Shown here: positions 51,701 to 64,000 of the stretch, piece by piece | How positions within the stretch are numbered: the stretch's first letter is position 1 | Layout: the number at the start of each line of letters is the position of its first letter | Assembly: GCF_037042905.1 (NCBI RefSeq) | Contig: NC_087246.1 | Span: 1,490,001-1,554,000 of the forward strand | Direction of reading: 5' to 3' | From: Lytechinus pictus | Lineage: Eukaryota | Length of the DNA: 64,000 nucleotides | Position numbers and translations under genes: made by a program | Notes under the pieces: model-generated | Database searches by the model: none | What the model was told of the DNA's origin: nothing | The model's input: the letters and a program-made list of their open reading frames with translations, nothing else

Positions 51701-54700
51701 ACAAGGTGCTTGTTTTACAAAATTTTACACATATAGACAAGTCTTACATTACTTATTGAATACACATCAAAACCAAATATGATATCAAAATCCACTTCCT
51801 ACTCTGAGTCCTCATATTCTTGTTGTTAATCTAATATTATTATTAATTCAATAAACTTTATTTCTGTCTTTTATTCACCTCATGATATCATATCACTCAT
51901 CATATTTCATTTCCTTTCATTCTATTGTATCGATTCCTCTAAAATTTGTTTCCACATCTCTTTCTATATTTGAATAAATTATCTATATATTTACTATTAA
52001 TATAATTTTGTGTTCTGCATATTAAATTCCATTCAGACTAGACAAAGATGAGTTGTGTGTGTGTGTGTTTTGTTAATGTATACATAACAAATCATAACAC
52101 GGTAACCATTTGCTATGAAGTATGACATAAAATGAGATGCTTTAAAAAAACATACTCATTAATAAAAAGAAAACTGAGGTCAGAAAGGGTTATTCAAATA
52201 AAAGAAAATGTATCCTCTCTGTGGTATTGAATACACATTGATAGTCATAAACTTCATATCCCTTGTATAACCTCTGGTCTTCAGATTGACATGTTTAGGT
52301 GAAGCTCAGCACCTTACTTTCTGTTGATACACAAGTATGTTTCTCCTTGTCTTTAAAATAAGCACACACACTAATAAAACATCTTATTGGTATTTGATAT
52401 AAAAAAGGTGGAATTCCTCTTTAGATTATTATTATTATTATTATTATTATTATTTATATACTGCGCTTTTCCCAAATTGGCCCAAAGCGCTTAATACAAC
52501 AACAAAAGAACACATCAAGTATAGAATGTAATTTGTAATTCTAAAACTCTGGACTGGAAAAAGAAATGTCTTTAGTCCCTTTTTAAATGAAGGGAGAGAT
52601 GGTGATTTTCTGGGTGAAAGAGGTAACTTATTCCAATATTTTGAAGCAGTTACAGACTTACAGTAAGTCCTATCCCCAGCCAGTTTCCCTATAATTTTGT
52701 ACGTTAGCAGAAGTGGGTCACTAGAGGCTTGTACACCTGATAAACTGATAAACAGAAAACTTGAAACATGATTGCATGTTATTAACAGGACGTGAGTACT
52801 CTCTGTGGCCAAAATATGTTAAGAATGTAGGAACTGTCTAGAAAGTTACATCCTTGAATATGCCCCAAAACACATACAGACACACACGTGTGTATGATCG
52901 TTATGGATAAGAAAGTGTTTGAAATTGTTATCAGGCCTAAAATCTACATCTTTTAAAAGATCAGGCAACTGATACACTAAATAGAAATTACAGTTACTCA
53001 GTTCAGTCATCACTTAATTTTTTAACCTACTTTTTTATAAGTACTAATATTTGGCGCTGAATATTCAGACAAATATTTACCTTCCAACTGGAATAGCAAA
53101 GTAGAAGACCATAAGCATCCTTGTTCTTCTATTACCAACAAAGAGATCTCCTATTAGAGTAGCAGCTATTGTTACATAACTTGCTTCTCCTATTCCTACT
53201 AGACCTCTGAGGAGTAGAAAGGCCCAGAAATACTGAAAAGATGATAAAGAATAATTACAATTAAAGTAATAATAACAATGTTACTACTATACTGCAAGTA
53301 ATGATATAAGATGATAACATTAATATTATTGATAATGATGATAATACTAAAACAACAAACAAAACTATCACTATTTTCAGGCCAGATTGTCAAATTGTAT
53401 TGATTATGTGAACTGACATCCGTACGGTAATCTACACGTTGTTTAAACTTTTAATTCATGTGGTGCAAGTTTGCAACATGGACCTTTGAATAGATGGACA
53501 TTAATTGGTTATGCTGCCGTCATATTTCCCCTACGGCGGAGGTATGGTGAGTCAAAAACAGCAGTTTTATTCATTTTTATGCAAACCACCTACATGATGT
53601 GGCTGGTATAAAAAATGTTTAAAACGGCGATTTTCGACTTGCTGTACTGCCACCGTAGGGGAAATATGACTGCGCCATTAGTTTATGAATTCACTAACAT
53701 GTTGACAGCTTTTGCTATTTGAGAAATATTTCAATAAGGTTCTATGTAAAAACTTGCTACATATACAAAAAGAAAAGCAATTTGTTATACCTGTCTTCAA
53801 ACTAAAGAACAGATCTTAAACAATGCTTCAATATGATTCTAAAACTAACCAATTCAAATGGGATACTAAAAGACAGAAAGTAAGTAAAGGAAATCTTACA
53901 TCTGCAGGGATAAATGAACCAGCAAGTGTTAGCCCAGACCAGGTGGTAATACCAAAGGCTACGAGAAGTTTCCTGGAGTAACGATCACCAAGATAACCAA
54001 AGATTGGTGATGTCAACATGTAACCTACAATGAAGATCGTCTGGAGGAGACCTGCTTTACTATTGTCATTTGTAATGTTGAAATATTCCTGTATGTCATT
54101 GAGGTTAGCTGATGGTTGAAGGGCAAAAGAGAGAGAGGGGGGGGGGGAATGGGAAAAGACAGAAAAGAAAAGAGGGGAAAAACGGAGAGTTCATTATTAT
54201 AAATGAGAGATAGCCATAAAATTGAGATTTATCAAAACATGATTCATGATATGAACTGAGTATTCACTGTCAATAGATTATAAGATTAAGCATAAAGAAA
54301 TATCAATGCAGGAATAAGTTAGGAAGAGCATGGACCTAGTAGGTTCACGGGAAGAGTACATGTAGGACTATTTCAAGTTTATGTATAACCAATTTATCAA
54401 CCATTTACATCTAATTATAAAATTGAAGAGTATTATCTTCTTTTCTTCCTGTTTTAATTCAAACACTTTATTTTTGCCTTTTCTTACATTCATTCATTTT
54501 TCATAGTTCAAATTAAATGAAAAGACTGGGTCTTCCACATACCAGAAAATGTTTGGCTCTAAATGCTTTCTGACAGGAGAATTTGAAGCATACAAAATAA
54601 CATACATGTACATGGGACTATAAACATTTTTTACACTTCCTGTTTTCCATATTTTCAGTTGGATAACAATTATTTCACACAAACAGAATTCTGGTTTTCC

Positions 54701-57700
54701 TTGTTTCAGTCAGCGATTTAACTATTTATAGAATGTTTCATATGATGATGATGATGTCATATTTTACCAAGCTCCAAAAACTGATCTCCCATCAGGCCCT
54801 GCTCAACATGATGTTATTATTACATCAGCTACCTTGATCTGGCGTTGAAGCATTCGAGGAATTCCTCCTACCGGGTTATTCACCTCACCTGGGTTGAATG
54901 CAGCACTATGCAATAAATTTCTTGCCGAAGGCCAGGAAACATGCCATGGCTTCAAATCGAACCCTCGTCCCTTAGATGAAAAGACGAGAGTCATAAACAC
55001 TCAACCACGATGCTTGCACATATCAAATGTCTTTTCAACTATCCAGCAATAATGCAAATTCAATTTTTTTTTTTACCCATTATCAGGAAAGTTTTGGGGC
55101 AAACATGTCTCAAACTTTCTCTTTCTGAATCTAACTAACATCATTTATTGGAACAAGTATTGGAATTTAAGTTGATAATTTGTACTACATAAAAGCTCTG
55201 TTGTAGAAAAATCAACACTACAAAAATAGAAAATAATATTAAAGTACAGTATCTTCATGTAGAAGCCGAACTTGGAATACATGTAATGACCATAAAGAGT
55301 AAGAAAATTATCTGATCTACCGAAGTCATTTAGAGCGAGATCTAGGATTTTACCCAGTACATGTAATGTATGTAATTCTAAAGGGGCACCAAACATACAT
55401 GTCATCTACTTATGCAGTACACCAGCTTTGTTATGTGACCATCGTCACCATCCACCCCAAAACCAACAATACATGTAAGTCGTCCAAAGTGAATTTTGAG
55501 ATTTTTATTGATTTTGAAAATGATCTTAAGCTTTAAAAATTATATATAACTTTCAAAATAAATCAACAATAACCCACACAATTACTTGACTGAATGTGAG
55601 TGGTTCAAAAATAAAGTGAAAATATCATTTGAAGTTTGGGTTCACTCAAACATGAGATATGCATGCTGTGCAATCTCAATGAGACATCCAAGCAGTCCAT
55701 AAAACACTTAGAGTATCAAAGAAACTCTTGAATTTTATTTTATAATTCTATTCAACTTTACAACTTGAAATTTGGAAAGTATGAAAAAGAAGAATTACTC
55801 TTTCAGATAAGCTCCTTTTGTAATTTTGCATCTTTGAGGGCCAAATAACTACTTTGGCAATTTACAGAGAACCTTCCCTGACATAAATTACCCTGACAAC
55901 TTAATATTGCTGGCTTTGGGTTGGTTGGTCAGTGGGGATCTTAAACTATTTAGCCTCAACACCAATTGAACAGTTTAATAAACCTGCCATCCTCATAAAT
56001 CATATACAGATTTTCCTATGATTGAAGGTAGAATAAACCAGGTCTAACCAGTCAAAGTGATTAATACACTGCATACTAGTTAGGAAATCATTCTCCTTGA
56101 AATTATCTTTCCAGTATTTGTTCCCCAGCTGAGTCAGCTCTTCTAACATGTGACCTTACATGTACATATTTTTAATAATTGGTAGATTTAAAATAATGAA
56201 AAACACAAACAAACAGGTGAAGGCCTACATACATACAAATATTGACTGCACATGAGGCCGAATGTGTAAACTATCATTCCTTAGGTTCATTTCATACCGG
56301 CCCTTCTATCACCCAAAGGCCTTTGCTAAGGGGTGATACAGAGCTGCTAACCATTAAAGTCATAATTATGATTTTCATGTCAAATTATTCTATTATGCTT
56401 TTGACCTTAATTATTACACTTTTCAGGGCAAACAAGTATGTTAACATTTAATACTGCATAGTAATACATTGGGCAGTTTCAAACTCTGAAGGTCCCTAAT
56501 GATGCTCATTATTTGCATGATTGTGTATCTTTGTTTACATCGCTCTGAATATTTCATGCTTAAATACTGACTCGACATTGTGGTTTTTCCTCTTTGATTT
56601 ATCATGTATTTTGCAAGAGAGAGAGTACCAGAGACGATTCTGAATCTGAGCCTTAAAAGAAAGAGGATTGATTTCTTTTTAAGCAATCTGCGCATATGAA
56701 GTTATAACTTTTATGTCAAAATTATGACTATTGAGCTTCTGGATTACTACTTTTTACTTTTGAAGGTTGGCAGCTCTGGTAAAAGAAGCCAGTATGAAAA
56801 GCACAGAGAGAGTGACGATTTCCAATGTCATCTGAATACAAAGCAGTCCATATTTGTTATAACTCATCGTTAATCACATAACTCTAGACCCAAGGGTTTC
56901 AATTTTATAGGACCACTAGTGTAACTCGTATCTAATTTGATTTCTTAAATGGCTAAGTCACTTTGTAATTTAAACAAGCTGCACCGCTAGGCAACCCATA
57001 CAATGTCTACTGCACTGCCTGAGCATACATGTATATACCGAGCTAGCCAATTAGCTCAAGCCAGCTAGATGCACACATAGCAACGCGACTTGTTGCTCCC
57101 ACCCCCTCAAGGGTTTTAGGAGTTAGTACTATCAAAGGTTTTGATAGAAGAAATTGACAGAAAGTCAAACCCGAGACGATGACAGACGGAATATCACCGC
57201 GTCACATGATTTAGTTTTGACCAGTCAGTGAAAACATTCTTGTATGAGGTGATATAATTATTTTAAACTCTCCCCAAGGAAAAAAAAAACACAACCCAAC
57301 AAAAAACAAAATACATAGTGTTACCTACTTCATACCAAGAAACCAAGTGATAGATGAAAATAAAACAAAATTGGGTAATTATCCTTTTACTCTATTTCAA
57401 TTCAAATATATCCACATAAAATAAAATAATTTCTAAACTACTCAATACATGTATGCCCGCGGATTAAAACAGAACCACGATCGTAAACGTGTTTAAATTA
57501 CGTCATTTGATACATGCTTCTGATGAGATGAAACTCCGCGGGCAAATACAGTTGCATGGTTTGTTACTCCACGGAATTGATTCTCAACTCCCTGGTTTTA
57601 ATAAGAATTAATGACCATTGTACATTTGATAAGTGAATATTAAATTAAGTACTGTCACTATCACGATGAATGTGGTCAGTGGAGGGATTGTAAAAATGGA

Positions 57701-59447
57701 ACATGAATTATGATGAGGAGACATGCTGAGCCAGAAGCCCTGCAGTAGCATTTTTAAACAAATTGACGTCTTATCATTTTCTTATGACTTTTATGTATGG
57801 CAGTGAGTCCAAACTTCGCGCGTGTCCATACTTCGCAGACGGTCATTATCTCAAAAACTAGCCAATATCCTTAAAATCTGACATCATCAACGTGAAAAGC
57901 GACCTAAAATTACCCTTTAGTAAAAATTTCTTTAGGATGAGTTCAGTATTCATAAAAATATTGGCAAAAGATCGGCAAATTTGCCACCGCTAGCGCCCGT
58001 TTTGAAGAAATCAACAAGCATCACGATATCACCATTTTGCAAGCAGAAATCATCAAAAATGTGAGTTGAATGTGGTACTAACCGATTCTTTTGCCATCAA
58101 TCTGATATAAATATTTCACTTTTTGAGCTTGAGTTTTTGTTTAAATCTCCACAAAAACTTTGGTGCGCGAAGTTAGGTCACATTTTTTCTGACGGTTTTC
58201 CAGCACAGCCAGCATTCGCCGATCGGAATAGAATTTTGAGATCGCGATACCGGCGAAACCCCTTGACCTACTTTACATTTTCGTCCATGATTTTATAGTT
58301 TACGATCTTGCCGTCAATGTGGTAACTATTTCTTGAATTGGTTTTGTATAAATTATGAATATTTTGTGAACAAAATTAAGCCTGATGAATATTTTTGAAA
58401 AGTGCGCGAAGTTTGGACACCCCATCATACTTCATTTTGTCTTACTATTATCCTCACCATGGTATAAATTCCATGGCTATGTCATGTAGCTCCATGCAAT
58501 TACTGAAAGATCGGAAATTGAAGTTAAAATAATATTCAACCATCAACACTGGAAAAAAAACTTTTGAAAAATGGCGCGCCCAATTTGACCTCGCTTTCCT
58601 GCTCAACAAAAATTACAATGCAAAGCCATCTGCAGATTGCGATTTCGCCTCTAAAAATGGAAGCATAAACAGCTATAAGTTCCAGACCACTTTTGCGATC
58701 TGAAACGACATTTGAAAACGCTGAATCCGTCTCCACAATGGAAGCAGAAACACACCCTAAATCAAGTTAATTATTTAAAATTCATTCAATTTTACTAGAC
58801 TGGAGCTGCAGCTGAACTTCCTGAAGTGAACATGCACATGCATGAACACGATGAATGACGAGGTAAAAAACTGAAATGAAAGTGAAAATAATGAAATATC
58901 ATTAATAAACAAGAAACATTATCAACCTCCCCCTAAATTAAAAATGGAGCAAGGAAGGCCAAGGATATAAGAATTCAATCAAACTTAGCATCATTGCCAT
59001 CATTAAGAATAAGAGCACAGTCAAAAATTGAACATAAACAAAAATAATGTAATGACCACACACACCTGCAATTGTGTAACGATCCGAATAATTGAGAAGA
59101 TTTACACAGAAAAGGACAACAACAGTCAAATATGCTGAGCAGGGTGGTTTTTTATCTTGAGGATAAGTAGTCACAGGATCAGTATCTTTGCATGCAGTAT
59201 CAGTTCTAACAACATCACGTCCATTCACTTGGTTTGGTGGACCTAAATTGGACCGCTGTGCAAAATCTATCACCTCCGAATCGCCATTATCTTCGTCCCC
59301 TTCGTCCTCCGGAAGCAACGGGCGCTTATCGCCTGACCATTCCGAAGTAGCAGCCATTTCCACCAAATTGCCACTTGCCGAAGGCTGATTCTGAATGTCA
59401 TCTGTTTCTTCTGTTGGCCGTTGCTTCTTCGCTGGCGGTGGTATCAT
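33790..59447 (-). CDS. SPNS1: Spinster-family MFS lysosomal transporter (SPNS1/spin-like), 11 exons, about 556 aa
   Basis: Exons (minus): 59447-59066, 54108-53900, 53232-53081, 50788-50722, 48561-48422, 48017-47895, 47533-47338, 46887-46822, 46025-45927, 45545-45368, and probable last exon 33848-33790 ([18 protein letters not shown]). Phases are consistent. Motifs: [128 protein letters not shown]. The last exon and the choice of start ATG are less certain. Confidence 0.92.
33978..34561. mobile_element. Kolobok-like MITE (TTAA TSD, AGG..CCT ends)
   Basis: TTAA|AGGAGAATGAAAC..GTTTCATTCTCCT|TTAA, with long subterminal inverted repeats (34081-34160 vs 34379-34460). Confidence 0.8.
35535..36342. 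repeat. Polypurine (GGA/GGGA) low-complexity tract in an SPNS intron
   Basis: About 0.8 kb of almost only G/A; yields spurious Pro-rich and Gly/Arg/Glu-rich ORFs. Confidence 0.95.
36761..37990 (+). mobile_element. 5' part of a hAT transposon encoding a BED zinc finger
   Basis: CTCGAG/CTCGG subterminal repeats at 36770-36880. ORF 37514-37699 ([22 protein letters not shown], a BED finger) ends at a donor AA|gtgagt. The remainder is deleted. Confidence 0.7.
37992..39452. mobile_element. hAT MITE (GGCGGATCC ends) related to 19633-20570
   Basis: CAGGCGGATCCAAG / CTGGATCCGCCCCTG and shared GCTCGCGCTTCGC motifs. No matching TSD. Confidence 0.7.
42841..43090 (-). mobile_element. 5'-truncated SINE with L2-type tail
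   Basis: Minus strand TGGGTACCCGGTAGGATG core ..TAAGCGCTATATAAAAGCGGAC followed by a (TAT)n tail. Confidence 0.6.
43375..43406. mobile_element. 32-bp P-element-like remnant (two fused termini) with 7-bp TSD
   Basis: GTAATAT|CATGGAGCTATCAA-TGTG-TTGATAGCTCCATG|GTAATAT. Confidence 0.7.
43545..44088. mobile_element. Kolobok-like MITE (TTAA TSD)
   Basis: TTAA|AGGTCAAATCCACCCCAGAAAAA..TTCTTGGGGTGGACTTGTCCT|TTAA, with long imperfect arms. Confidence 0.8.
49239..50006. mobile_element. piggyBac-type MITE
   Basis: TTAA|CCCTATCTAGGCTGGGG..CCCCGGCCTAGATAGGG|TTAA. Confidence 0.88.
50906..51638. mobile_element. PIF/Harbinger-type MITE
   Basis: TAA|GACCCCTATTAAATCTGAGAG..CTTTCAGATATAACAGGGGTC|TAA (3-bp TAA TSD). 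Confidence 0.75.
52424..52735 (-). mobile_element. L2-type LINE 3' end
   Basis: [37 protein letters not shown], then AAGCGCTTTGGG..AAAAGCGCAGTATATAAAT and an (AAT)n tail. Confidence 0.75.
53510..53680. mobile_element. Small foldback MITE
   Basis: GTCATATTTCCCCTACGG / CCGTAGGGGAAATATGAC inverted arms. Confidence 0.7.
54740..55015 (-). mobile_element. tRNA-derived SINE
   Basis: Minus strand: A-box-like TCGTGGTTGAGTG, B-box-like GGGTTCGATT, core TGCTGCATTCAACCCAGGTGAGGTGAAT, and a (CAT)n tail. Confidence 0.65.
57797..58428. mobile_element. TIR MITE (Tc1/pogo-like)
   Basis: GTCCAAACTTCGCGC / GCGCGAAGTTTGGAC inverted ends. Boundaries approximate. Confidence 0.6.
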
Positions 59448-59449
59448 TT

Positions 59450-59800
59450 ATGCTTTTGTTGTCTAATCCCGAGCAAAGTTCGACCGGATGATAAGTCACG
59501 AGATCACAATAAAGTCCTTCGACCTTCGTATTCGTAATCTGCGTTAATCACCGCATCATCTCATCGCAGCGCGCGCTACCATTGTGTATCCGATACGGAT
59601 CCAATACCGAATTCATATCCGGCCAGCCTATAGGCTAGGAAAGGGCCCATGCTCCGATCCGGCGCGGCGAGCCGATCCGATTCCGCGGGCAAAGAACTTG
59701 AGATGCAAACGAAGATTGATGGCATAGCATCAATAATTTTTCATCAATACCGGTAATCAGAAATGCTCGACCGGTTTCGAGTGATCGAACGAAGCACGGT
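59450..59800 (-). promoter_or_regulatory. CpG-rich putative promoter/5'UTR of the SPNS gene
   Basis: Local CpG-rich island directly upstream of the first coding ATG in otherwise CpG-poor DNA. Confidence 0.45.
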
Positions 59801-59920
59801 GCAAAAGTATATTGATGGTCCATTATAAGAGATGTATTTTGTTGATCTCTCGGTGAAGGTCAAATCATGAGAGTGGGTTCTCCGGATAGATTGCTACCTT
59901 GCATCATTAAGACCTAATCT

Positions 59921-61305
59921 TTAAGGGGGAACTACCCAAATAAAGCTGTCTTTAGAGGAAAAGGAAAAATCAGACAAGTAGTTAGGTGAAAGTTTGAACA
60001 ATATCTGATAAACAATGAAAAAGTTATGAATTTTTTTATTGATAATCATTAGACTTCAAATTTGCTGCATCTGGGATTTGTGGTGTCATAAGTGATGTAA
60101 AGTGTCAAGGACTACTCTTCCATTTTATCCAATGAATAAATTGTTAATATGTCATTTTTGCCAAAGTATTACTTCAAATTATGTTTCTTTCATGAGGATA
60201 TAAAACAACATGCTACCCCTATGTACCTTGGTCATATGTTGATTACTATGCCTGGGGAATAGGTGCTTAGGAGAAAAACCACACTCCCTGATAGAGCATT
60301 GCTTATGGGAAAGATGTCCCTACCACTTGTCATAATCTACTTAGCCAGTTGCCAATTTGAAATTTACATAGTGTTAGTGATCTCAATTTTAAGTCAGCCA
60401 TAACTAAATGGGCATTGCAAGATACTTTAATTCAATTGTATATTAAGCAGAATAAATCAAGCATATTGGGGCAATTTGCAAAGTTGAGTTGTGATAGAAC
60501 ACAAATTAAAGGGGAATCCAACCCAAATAAAATTTGTTTTTATAAGGAAAAGAAAAATCAGACAAGTTGATAGGTGAAAGTTTGAACAATATTGGACAAA
60601 CAACAAGAAAGTTATGAATTTTTTAAAAGTTGTAAATATTGGTAATCACTATACCCATGGAGACTTCAAATTAGCCGCATATGGGATGTCATAGTGATGT
60701 AAGGCAAGGACTACTCTTCCATGTACTACAATACATATTATGGATAAAATGTCATTTTTCCCAAAAGTTTTATTTCAAATTATATTTTTCTTTCATGAGG
60801 ACATAAAACAATATACTACCTGGGTTATATTTAGATTACTGCCCCAGGGGAATGGGTACTTAGGAGAAAACCACAAATCCCTGATAATAAAGTACATGGC
60901 CTATGGGAAAGTTGTCCTTGCCCCTTGTCATAATTTACTTACCCAGTTGCCAATTTGAAATCTACATAGTATTAGTGATCTCAATTTTAAAGCAGCTATA
61001 ACTTTCTTATAGCTTGTCCGATTTCTTTCAAACTTTCACCATTCTGTTTAATCTATTTTTCTCCTTCCCAACACAACATTTTATGGCCAAGGCTGGATTC
61101 CCCTTTAACTTTTATTTATTAATCAACTTTTACTTCAATCAAAAGACTTTTGCTTGATTTTGGACTTACATTCTATTTGCAATTGAATGTAAGTTTCTTG
61201 TAATGCCCTTGTAACGTTCTTATTGTCTGATCTTTCACCATTGTTTTTCTTATTTTACTTCTTTTACACAAATAAATGTAATACAAATCCTGGATTCTTC
61301 TTTAA
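59921..61305. mobile_element. Older Kolobok-like MITE interrupted by a second MITE (60410-61208)
   Basis: The left part 59921-60405 parallels 60510-61000; its right end resumes at about 61212-61305 (CTGGATTCTTCTTTAA). The intervening element has GGGCATTGCAAGA / TCTTGTAATGCCC ends. Confidence 0.65.
60510..61104. mobile_element. Younger intact Kolobok-like MITE
   Basis: TTAA|AGGGGAATCCA..TGGATTCCCCT|TTAA. Confidence 0.85.
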
Positions 61306-63860
61306 TAGATATTTAAGTTTCAATCCCCCCCCAAAAAAGAAAGGATGATTTTACAGGGTCTATTTTTTATACTAATTTTTGTGTGCACTTTTTAAATGTA
61401 TTTATGCAAATTGCTCTTTGCCCTGACAATATCTGGCTAATTTAATTTCTATAACTTACTTTGTTCGCATGAAAAAGATAAGGCTACAGACATACGAGAA
61501 GAGACTGTCCACAAGCACATTCAAGCACCGAATATCAACTTTTTGTCAAAAAAATTTATTCAAAATTTTCTGCTCACATTGCTCAAGGTCAGGATGTGAT
61601 AGTGAGAAGTTAATATTTCAAGGTTTACAACGTAACATTCTTGCCCATATTCTGAAGTTGGTTTACTTTAAACTCTGGTCTAAAGTTGTGGTGAAAGGAT
61701 TGTGATGCAAATTTCTAACAGTAGAGGTTCAATGTATCAGCTCATAGAAAATCATATCATCAATAACTGTCTAAGAATAATACAGTACCGTAACTAAAAT
61801 TGACAACAGTAAAGATAAGAAATCTTTCAATGTAAACAAGGTTATAATTTTTTGGCTTCCCATAATTTTAGCACACATTTATACTGGAGGATGGTTTGAA
61901 TTAAACAAGATTTCACAATACAGGCCACTTAGTCAAGTAATATTTGCATTTGTTTAAGTTTTTGTAAAAGAATGAAAATGCGAAGTTTGTTGATCAAACA
62001 AATTTACTCCTGGCTCCAAGAGAGGTGAGAATAAATGAAAACAAATTAATTCAATGGACAATTATAACTCATAAGATGTCATTAGAATACCTTTACAGTA
62101 TATCCTGCTTATTAACTTGCTCAAAAAACCTTTACTAAGATTTACAGAATATTTACAATATTTACAATATTATTCACAATATTCAAGCGAATAGCAAAGG
62201 CATACCATTATTCAGCTTAGCTGCACAATAAATACATTTCAAATAAACAAAACCTGTAGCTTTTTGGTAAACTTTCAATTACGAACATGACTGATGTCAA
62301 ATGATGACTATCACTGAACCAATAACAAAATTGAAGTAAATATGGAATCAATCTCAATTCCAGTATTTCACTAAACATGCACTACCACAGTTTTCCTCAC
62401 AGGTCAACATCTTTTACCTAGATAATACCAGCAGTGTTTGAGAAAGAATAAAGTAATGAAATATTTAACAGAATAATAAATCCCAAGCACTTTGATGAAT
62501 AAATATTAATCAGTTGAACTAGCAGTGTGGTCCCATGAACACTGCAATGTTTAATAGATCTGAGGCTTGAAATCACTAATTACATATATATGATAGAAAT
62601 ACAGTGACTAATGCAGGGAGGTAAATACAACGTTGTGTTAACTAATCTCTCTCAATAAGGCTGCAATGATTATGAATGCTTAAATACTGGAAGAAAAAAT
62701 TGAACTGGAAACTTGGACATTGACGGGAATATTCAGTCTTTTAATTCACTTCTACTTCAATGGTACTTGTCATCACAACCTTTTCAGTCACTGACTGACA
62801 AGACTTGGTGGTGTGATGTTTGAAGCACTGAACACAACTTCGATTTTGTTCTGGCTTAAAACTTATATTTGTGCTGTTTCAAGTGTATTCACTGTATGGT
62901 TCTGGGATAATTTAAGGCACTTATGAGTGTTTGATGCTTAACCAATTCATTGTTTGCAGCTTGAAATACTTTTTATCTTGTAGCAAACCATTCTGCTACA
63001 AAGATGCCTCCTTGCAGAAAACACAAAAGATGAATAAAAGTAATACTTGGGACAATGGTGTGTAGAATGTGGTTGCTTTTCAGGGATCATAAAAAGGGAT
63101 GTTTTCCAAAGATTTTATTTTAAAATATAATTTAATGCAAGCTCTTGTTAAGATCAGATTATGAACTCCACTCCACTCAAGTAAAACAGATATTGAGAAA
63201 AGGGATTGGAACTGGAGAACAGAAGTCCCTCTGCTTTCTTCCTTTGAAGTTAATAATTTTAATAACATTTCAGATATTCTGACTTATTTTTGTATAATCA
63301 AAGTACTGCTGCTGATTTCAATTACCTATCTGCACCCCATTCCCCATACTAATTTTCAGGCAGAAAACCTGGATACTCAAATTTTATCAAGTTGTTGACA
63401 GATATGGCAGCTTGTCACATGACAGTTGTTGATATAATGCTCTCCACGATGGCAAAAATAGGGAAATAGGTAAGGGAAATCATCTCATGTCGTAAGTCGA
63501 TTATATCAGTATCTATGTAGTCATTACCAAGGCCAAGGGAGGATCACCTTGCAAGATTTTAAACCCACAAATTTCATGATTTTCCAGCAAACATCTGGTT
63601 GGCTGGATCTGGGGAGTGGGTCATGAAAGGATTTGTCAGATGTTCTTATCAGACCAAGTTTGTCTTATCCTGCAGTTACCATAGGAACTGTCAGATATCT
63701 GTACTTCTCAGCCAATCAAAATCAAGTGATCTGAAAACTTGAAAAAAATGTTTCTGAAACAATCACACATTGTTTTTTAACAAGGAACTTCATAAAGTCT
63801 GTTCATGATTAATTAATTAATCTTTCATTAATAATCATTCTGTAAGTCCTCAGTTGTCAG

Positions 63861-64000
63861 CTATCTTGCTAGCGCACCTTCTGCCTGGCTGTAATACTTG
63901 TTGAAATCTAGCCTCAGTAGAAGTTGAGTCAGGTGAGGGCTGGCATGGTGGTTACGAACCCCTGATAAGATCTTGAACAGGAGTGATGACTGACGATTGA
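63861..64000 (-). CDS. TUBGCP4: Gamma-tubulin complex component 4, final coding exon (partial; gene continues beyond window)
   Basis: Minus frame NRQSSLLFKILSGVRNHHASPHLTQLLLRLDFNKYYSQAEGALAR* (TAG 63863-63861) matches the GCP4 C-terminus as recalled (RQSSLLFKILS..QLLLRLDYNKYY). About 62.0-63.86 kb is likely its 3'UTR. Confidence 0.88.
   Translation of the reverse strand, partial: NRQSSLLFKILSGVRNHHASPHLTQLLLRLDFNKYYSQAEGALAR

Noticed and set aside
54940..55015. tRNA-like sequence
   Set aside because: Degenerate A/B boxes continue into a SINE core and tail; no intact cloverleaf.
58938..59065. Hydrophobic C-terminal part of the 169-aa ORF
   Set aside because: Read-through into intron 1 past the donor GCAG|gtgtgt at 59066/59065.

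Overview
This is AT-rich, intron-containing animal DNA; the repeat families suggest an echinoderm (sea-urchin-like), which is an inference. I reconstructed three host genes by hand from splice sites and reading-frame phase. (1) A complete 16-coding-exon TBCCD1 on + (6374-17222, 549 aa) carries a U12-type minor-spliceosome intron (8468-8869). (2) A spinster/SPNS1-type MFS lysosomal transporter lies on - (59447 to about 33790, 11 exons, 556 aa; last exon less certain). (3) The last coding exon of TUBGCP4 enters from the right edge on -. The rest is a dense, often nested set of transposon relics: hAT, Kolobok-like, piggyBac and Harbinger MITEs, Helentron-like (HINE) elements, SINEs and L2/CR1 tails. 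Between the convergent TBCCD1 and SPNS 3' ends (about 18.7-28.5 kb) lies a patchwork of Gypsy, BEL/Pao, RecQ-helicase and hAT fragments whose coding remnants all face the same strand. I cannot demonstrate a new biological system from sequence alone. The best leads are this same-strand TE mosaic, an in-frame mini-hAT protein, an asymmetric TAGAC..GTCTA element family with 9-bp TSDs (AcademH-like), a 32-bp P-element-type footprint, and the minor intron. Protein identifications rest on recalled family motifs, not database searches.
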